From Deferribacterales bacterium (GTDB lineage: Bacteria > Chrysiogenota > Deferribacteres > Deferribacterales > Geovibrionaceae): a stretch of DNA of 64,000 nt. How positions within the stretch are numbered: the first letter of the stretch is position 1; each line of letters starts with the position of its first letter. The position numbers and the translations under genes were made by a program. The notes below the pieces were generated by a model that worked only from the letters and a program-made list of their open reading frames with translations, made no database searches and was not told the origin of the DNA. Below, piece after piece: positions 60,522 to 64,000 of this stretch. The stretch spans positions 256,001 through 320,000 of the forward strand of contig JBFWLW010000001.1 of the NCBI GenBank assembly GCA_050251945.1. The letters run 5' to 3'.

Positions 60522-61255
60522 ACGGCATCAAAGGCGTACTCTACCGCGAAATGAGAGTTTTGAAAAGCCGCATATACCGCAATATCTTAGCGTCTTCCGT
60601 ATCGCCGCTTCTGTTTCTTCTGGCGTTCGGATACGGAATAGGCAAAAACTCAACCGTCGGACAGACGGGGTACATAGATTTCCTTATCCCGGGTCTGATC
60701 GCCATGACCAGCATGAACCAGAGCTATGGAATATCCAGTGATATCAACATCTCACGTTTTTATTTCAAAACGTTCGACGAATATCTTCTTGCTCCCGTCG
60801 GCAGATGGGAGATAATCACAGGAGAGGTGATTTACGGCATAATCAAAGGGCTTATCCCTGTTTTAATAATACTGATATACGGTTACATAGCGGGTATGCG
60901 TCATATTCCTTCGCTGGTAATGATTCCGGCACTGCTGATGCACCTGATAATCTTTTCGCTTATGGGTATAGCTGTTGCGCTTAAAGTCAAGAACCATGGC
61001 GACCAGTTCGCTGTGAATGCATTTGTTATCACCCCTATGATATTTTTGTCCGGCACGTTTTATCCTGTGGATAAAATGCCCTTAGTTGTCAAGTATCTGG
61101 CACATATTTTTCCCATGACATACACTACAACTCTCATACGCGGCTCTGTTATAGGTACGGAAACGGCATATCTGCTGAATTTCGGCATTTCCGCTTTGAT
61201 CGCCGGTTTTCTGTTCTGGCTCTGCCTGCGAATTGTAAAGGGGATGGAGCCGTGA
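60518..61255 (+). CDS. ABC-2 type permease
   Basis: YIDFLIPGL, PMIFLSGTFYP. Confidence 0.9.
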   Translation: MNGIKGVLYREMRVLKSRIYRNILASSVSPLLFLLAFGYGIGKNSTVGQTGYIDFLIPGLIAMTSMNQSYGISSDINISRFYFKTFDEYLLAPVGRWEIITGEVIYGIIKGLIPVLIILIYGYIAGMRHIPSLVMIPALLMHLIIFSLMGIAVALKVKNHGDQFAVNAFVITPMIFLSGTFYPVDKMPLVVKYLAHIFPMTYTTTLIRGSVIGTETAYLLNFGISALIAGFLFWLCLRIVKGMEP

Positions 61256-62190
61256 GATACCTCTGGCTGCTGTTTGTTATAATCGCCATTGCGTCTTCAT
61301 TGTTCTTTGGCTCTGTGAAGCTGGACATACTAAGCGGCGACAATCTTGACATCATAACGAACCTGCGGCTGCCGAGAGCTGTTTTCTCATTTCTGATCGG
61401 AGCGATGCTCGGGCTTTCAGGCTCCGTGTATCAGCTTGTATTGCGAAATCCGCTTGCGGACAGCTTCACGACAGGCGCGGCATCTTCTTCCGCTTTGGGG
61501 GCTGTTTTTGCCATTGCGGCGGGCTTTTCTCCGGTATACGTTCCTCCGTTCGCATTTCTGACAGGTATTCTGGGACTCTGGCTGGTCTATAAATTATCCG
61601 GAGGCGCAAAAGGCGCTGTGACTATGATACTTTGCGGCGTGATAGTTAATATAGTGGCATCATCCATCATGGGATTCATAAAATTCTATTTTGACGAATC
61701 GCTCTCGTCTGTGGTCTTCTGGCTCATGGGCGGTTTCAGTTATATAGATTACTACGAACTTGCTATTGTTTTTCTCGTGCTGGCAGCAGCTTTCATGTAT
61801 CTGAACGGACGCGCGCCTGTGCTTGATATGCTGGTTTTCGACGACAGCACGGCAAGAACAGGCGGTGTGAACATCAGAAAGGAGAGGGCGGGGGCATTTG
61901 TAACGGCGACAATACTTGTTTCTGTTGCAGTAAGTTACAGCGGACTTATAGGTTTTGTCGGTTTGATAGTTCCGCACATTGCCCGCAGTATATTCCGACC
62001 TGATATGAAGACAAACCTTTATTATTCAATGATATTCGGCGGGCTTCTGCTTTTAGGCGCTGATACTTTCGCACGATCGGCCATAAGCTCCGGCGCGGAA
62101 CTGCCTGTCGGCATAGTTACGGCGGTTATAGGCGGCATCTTCTTCTTTTACATTCTGGTCAAGCGCCGTGCGGAGATGTGGCATGATTAA
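61252..62190 (+). CDS. FecCD/BtuC family permease
   Basis: LRLPR, RNPLAD, GLIGFVGLIVPH, ELPVG. Confidence 0.93.
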   Translation: MRYLWLLFVIIAIASSLFFGSVKLDILSGDNLDIITNLRLPRAVFSFLIGAMLGLSGSVYQLVLRNPLADSFTTGAASSSALGAVFAIAAGFSPVYVPPFAFLTGILGLWLVYKLSGGAKGAVTMILCGVIVNIVASSIMGFIKFYFDESLSSVVFWLMGGFSYIDYYELAIVFLVLAAAFMYLNGRAPVLDMLVFDDSTARTGGVNIRKERAGAFVTATILVSVAVSYSGLIGFVGLIVPHIARSIFRPDMKTNLYYSMIFGGLLLLGADTFARSAISSGAELPVGIVTAVIGGIFFFYILVKRRAEMWHD

Positions 62191-62908
62191 ATACGGCAAA
62201 ATATATTATAAAAGAAGTGATTTTGCGCTTGATATAAATGATTTATTAATAAGAACTCATGATAAAGTTGCGATACTTGGCGAAAATGGATGTGGTAAAA
62301 GCACTTTTATTAATTATAGTTGCGGTTTGCTAGATTCTGACATAAACGTTTCCTATATGGACAGACCGTTGAAAAGCATGTCCACAGAGGACAGAGCCAA
62401 AATGTTCGCTCTTTTCGCACAGAATCCGGATGTAGCGTTTCCATTTACAGTGTTTGAGATTGTCCGCATGGGCAGATTCCGCATGTGCGGCGGAAACTAC
62501 AGCAAAAAAGATGATGAAAAGACCATTGAGAAACTGACGCTCTTTGATATCGTAAAGTACAAGGACAGACGCCTTAACGAACTTTCAGGCGGCGAAAAAA
62601 GACGCGTTCTTCTGGCGCGGGCTTTCAATCAGGAAACACCTTTCCTGTTTCTTGACGAACCGGTAAGCATGCTGGATATAAGACATTCCCTCGAAATAAT
62701 GAATATCATTGAAGATACTATGAAAACTGTAATAGCATCCATGCACGACATCAACCTCGCAATGAGATATTTCAAACGCCTGATATTCATGAAAGACGGA
62801 CAGATACTTTATGATATATCCAATAGTGAAGTAACTCCAAATATCATAGAAGAGGTTTATAATGTTAAGATTTCTCCTAATTTCCGCGATTATTCTTTCA
62901 TCATTTAG
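62183..62908 (+). CDS. FecE/BtuD family ABC ATPase
   Basis: GENGCGKS, LSGGEKRR, LDEP, HDINLA. Confidence 0.9.
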   Translation: MIKYGKIYYKRSDFALDINDLLIRTHDKVAILGENGCGKSTFINYSCGLLDSDINVSYMDRPLKSMSTEDRAKMFALFAQNPDVAFPFTVFEIVRMGRFRMCGGNYSKKDDEKTIEKLTLFDIVKYKDRRLNELSGGEKRRVLLARAFNQETPFLFLDEPVSMLDIRHSLEIMNIIEDTMKTVIASMHDINLAMRYFKRLIFMKDGQILYDISNSEVTPNIIEEVYNVKISPNFRDYSFII

Positions 62909-63650
62909 CGCCTTTGCCGCAGAAAAAGTAGTAATTCTTGCTCCGGCAGCCGGAGATATAATCCACAAACTCAAAGCAGAAGATAAAGTTGTCGGTGTAA
63001 CAAAGAATCTGGACGGTTTTCCGAAAGCAGTGGAAGTAGGAACGCACCTTAAGCCAAATATCGAAATAATCAAATCATTAAAGCCTGATCTGCTCATTGC
63101 GGGCAGCGGTAAATATTTCACAGATGAAATAAAAAACGCGCTCGGCATCAGAACCTATACATACGATCCGAACAATCTGGCGGAGATTTTATTGGCTGTG
63201 AGAGACCTTGGAAAAGAATTCGGCAAGGCGGACATAGCAGACGATCTGGAAAAGTCGCTTAAAACGGAAATAAGCGGTTTAAAAAAACCGGCATGTCGAG
63301 TAAGCGTGTTTTTTGAAGTGTCTCAAACGCCTTTGATGTCCGCAGGGACAGAAAGCATAGTCAGCGATATGGTGACAAGAGCTGGCGGCTATATGACTGT
63401 CAATGAAAAGAAAAAAGTATTTAAAACAGGCATCGAAACAGTGGTTGCAGGCAAGCCTGACATATATATCTATCAGGTCGGACCCATGAACAAGAACCCG
63501 ATGCCGCCGCAGGACAGGAACGAATATAAAGGGCTTAACACTCAATATGTAAAAGTGGACGAGTCTGAATTCTCAAGAGCCAACACCAACGCATTCAAAA
63601 ACGTAAAATTCCTCAACGGAATCTTCAACAGCTACTGCGAAAATCACTAG
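62862..63650 (+). CDS. BtuF/FecB family substrate-binding protein
   Basis: Signal peptide, KVVILAPA, PNIEIIKSLKPDL. Confidence 0.87.
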   Translation: MLRFLLISAIILSSFSAFAAEKVVILAPAAGDIIHKLKAEDKVVGVTKNLDGFPKAVEVGTHLKPNIEIIKSLKPDLLIAGSGKYFTDEIKNALGIRTYTYDPNNLAEILLAVRDLGKEFGKADIADDLEKSLKTEISGLKKPACRVSVFFEVSQTPLMSAGTESIVSDMVTRAGGYMTVNEKKKVFKTGIETVVAGKPDIYIYQVGPMNKNPMPPQDRNEYKGLNTQYVKVDESEFSRANTNAFKNVKFLNGIFNSYCENH

Positions 63651-63715
63651 AACGGGGCAATCCAATATAATCAGGGGTTTCAGGTTATTTCTACCTATCC
63701 CCTGACAATACAGTA

Positions 63716-63743
63716 ACGTCCTATAAGATATATTATGTTAAAT
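63716..63743 (+). other. dif: dif site (XerC/XerD chromosome dimer resolution)
   Basis: ACGTCCTATAA-GATATA-TTATGTTAAAT: 11-6-11 layout, right arm identical to the E. coli XerD arm; intergenic. Confidence 0.88.
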
Positions 63744-63823
63744 AAAGAAGAACGAAATGTGTTTGCCTTTGAACCGGAACTGAATTAGATTGTCTTACAT
63801 ATTATTTTCAGAGGGTAGCTACT

Positions 63824-64000
63824 GTGGATTTTCTATTTATAACGGTTATGTCTAAACCAATCTGGTCATGGATTCTCTTTTTTGCGATTGTCATCTTTCT
63901 GCTCATACTCGATTTGGGGCTGTTCAACAAAAAAGACCATGAGATAAGCGTTACGGAAAGTCTTAAAATGTCTGTATTCTACATATCCATAGGACTTTTG
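63824..64000 (+). CDS. TerC/Alx family membrane protein (5' part, runs off the window)
   Basis: GTG start after gagggt; MDFLFITVMSKPIWSWILFFAIVIFLLILDLGLFNKKDHEISVTESL. Confidence 0.8.
   Translation, partial: MDFLFITVMSKPIWSWILFFAIVIFLLILDLGLFNKKDHEISVTESLKMSVFYISIGLL

Noticed and set aside
63671..63705. Hairpin tcagggg...cccctga next to dif as an ncRNA or element end
   Set aside because: Most simply a weak terminator for the ABC operon; no further support
63780..63823. yybP-ykoY (Mn) riboswitch upstream of terC, suggested by gagggtagc
   Set aside because: The motif is at SD position only a few nt before the GTG start; the rest of the aptamer is not recognisable

Overview
64 kb of core bacterial chromosome, almost entirely + strand genes, ending at a dif (XerCD) site at 63716-63743, so the window probably runs up to the replication terminus. 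Gene content and synteny suggest a diderm anaerobe, possibly Deferribacterota (inference only). Main blocks in order: nusA-ylxR-infB-rbfA-truB-rpsO-pnp; M16 peptidase-dut-glgP-thioesterase-MFS-AraC-VOC; pgeF-yggS-yggT-K+ channel-PIN/TRAM-ispD; trpS-scpAB-rluB-queD-NtrYX-like pair; lexA-small ORF-dinB; hom-apgM-lysC-cimA; pyrR-pyrB-pyrC; prfB-alr-mlaEFD-mqnD-ptsP; a TIGR04282/04283-like glycosyltransferase cluster; ABC systems; terC. The most interesting signals are non-coding or cryptic: (1) two copies of a short MITE carrying an inverted REP doublet, each inserted at and duplicating an intrinsic terminator; (2) a candidate ~80-nt sRNA with its own promoter and an anti-Shine-Dalgarno C-rich terminator loop; (3) a pyr attenuator with a U-rich leader peptide and no PyrR-binding loop, in front of a PyrR that appears to have lost RNA-binding residues; (4) a GAAC-N4-GTTC SOS box on a lexA/ImuB-C-like/Y-polymerase cassette; (5) a ~250-aa regular repeat array in IF2; (6) a long MlaD with a probable C-terminal beta-barrel; (7) a degenerate HD-GYP protein. 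No rRNA, tRNA, CRISPR array or transposase was seen. All calls come from reading the sequence and recalling family motifs; no searches were run.
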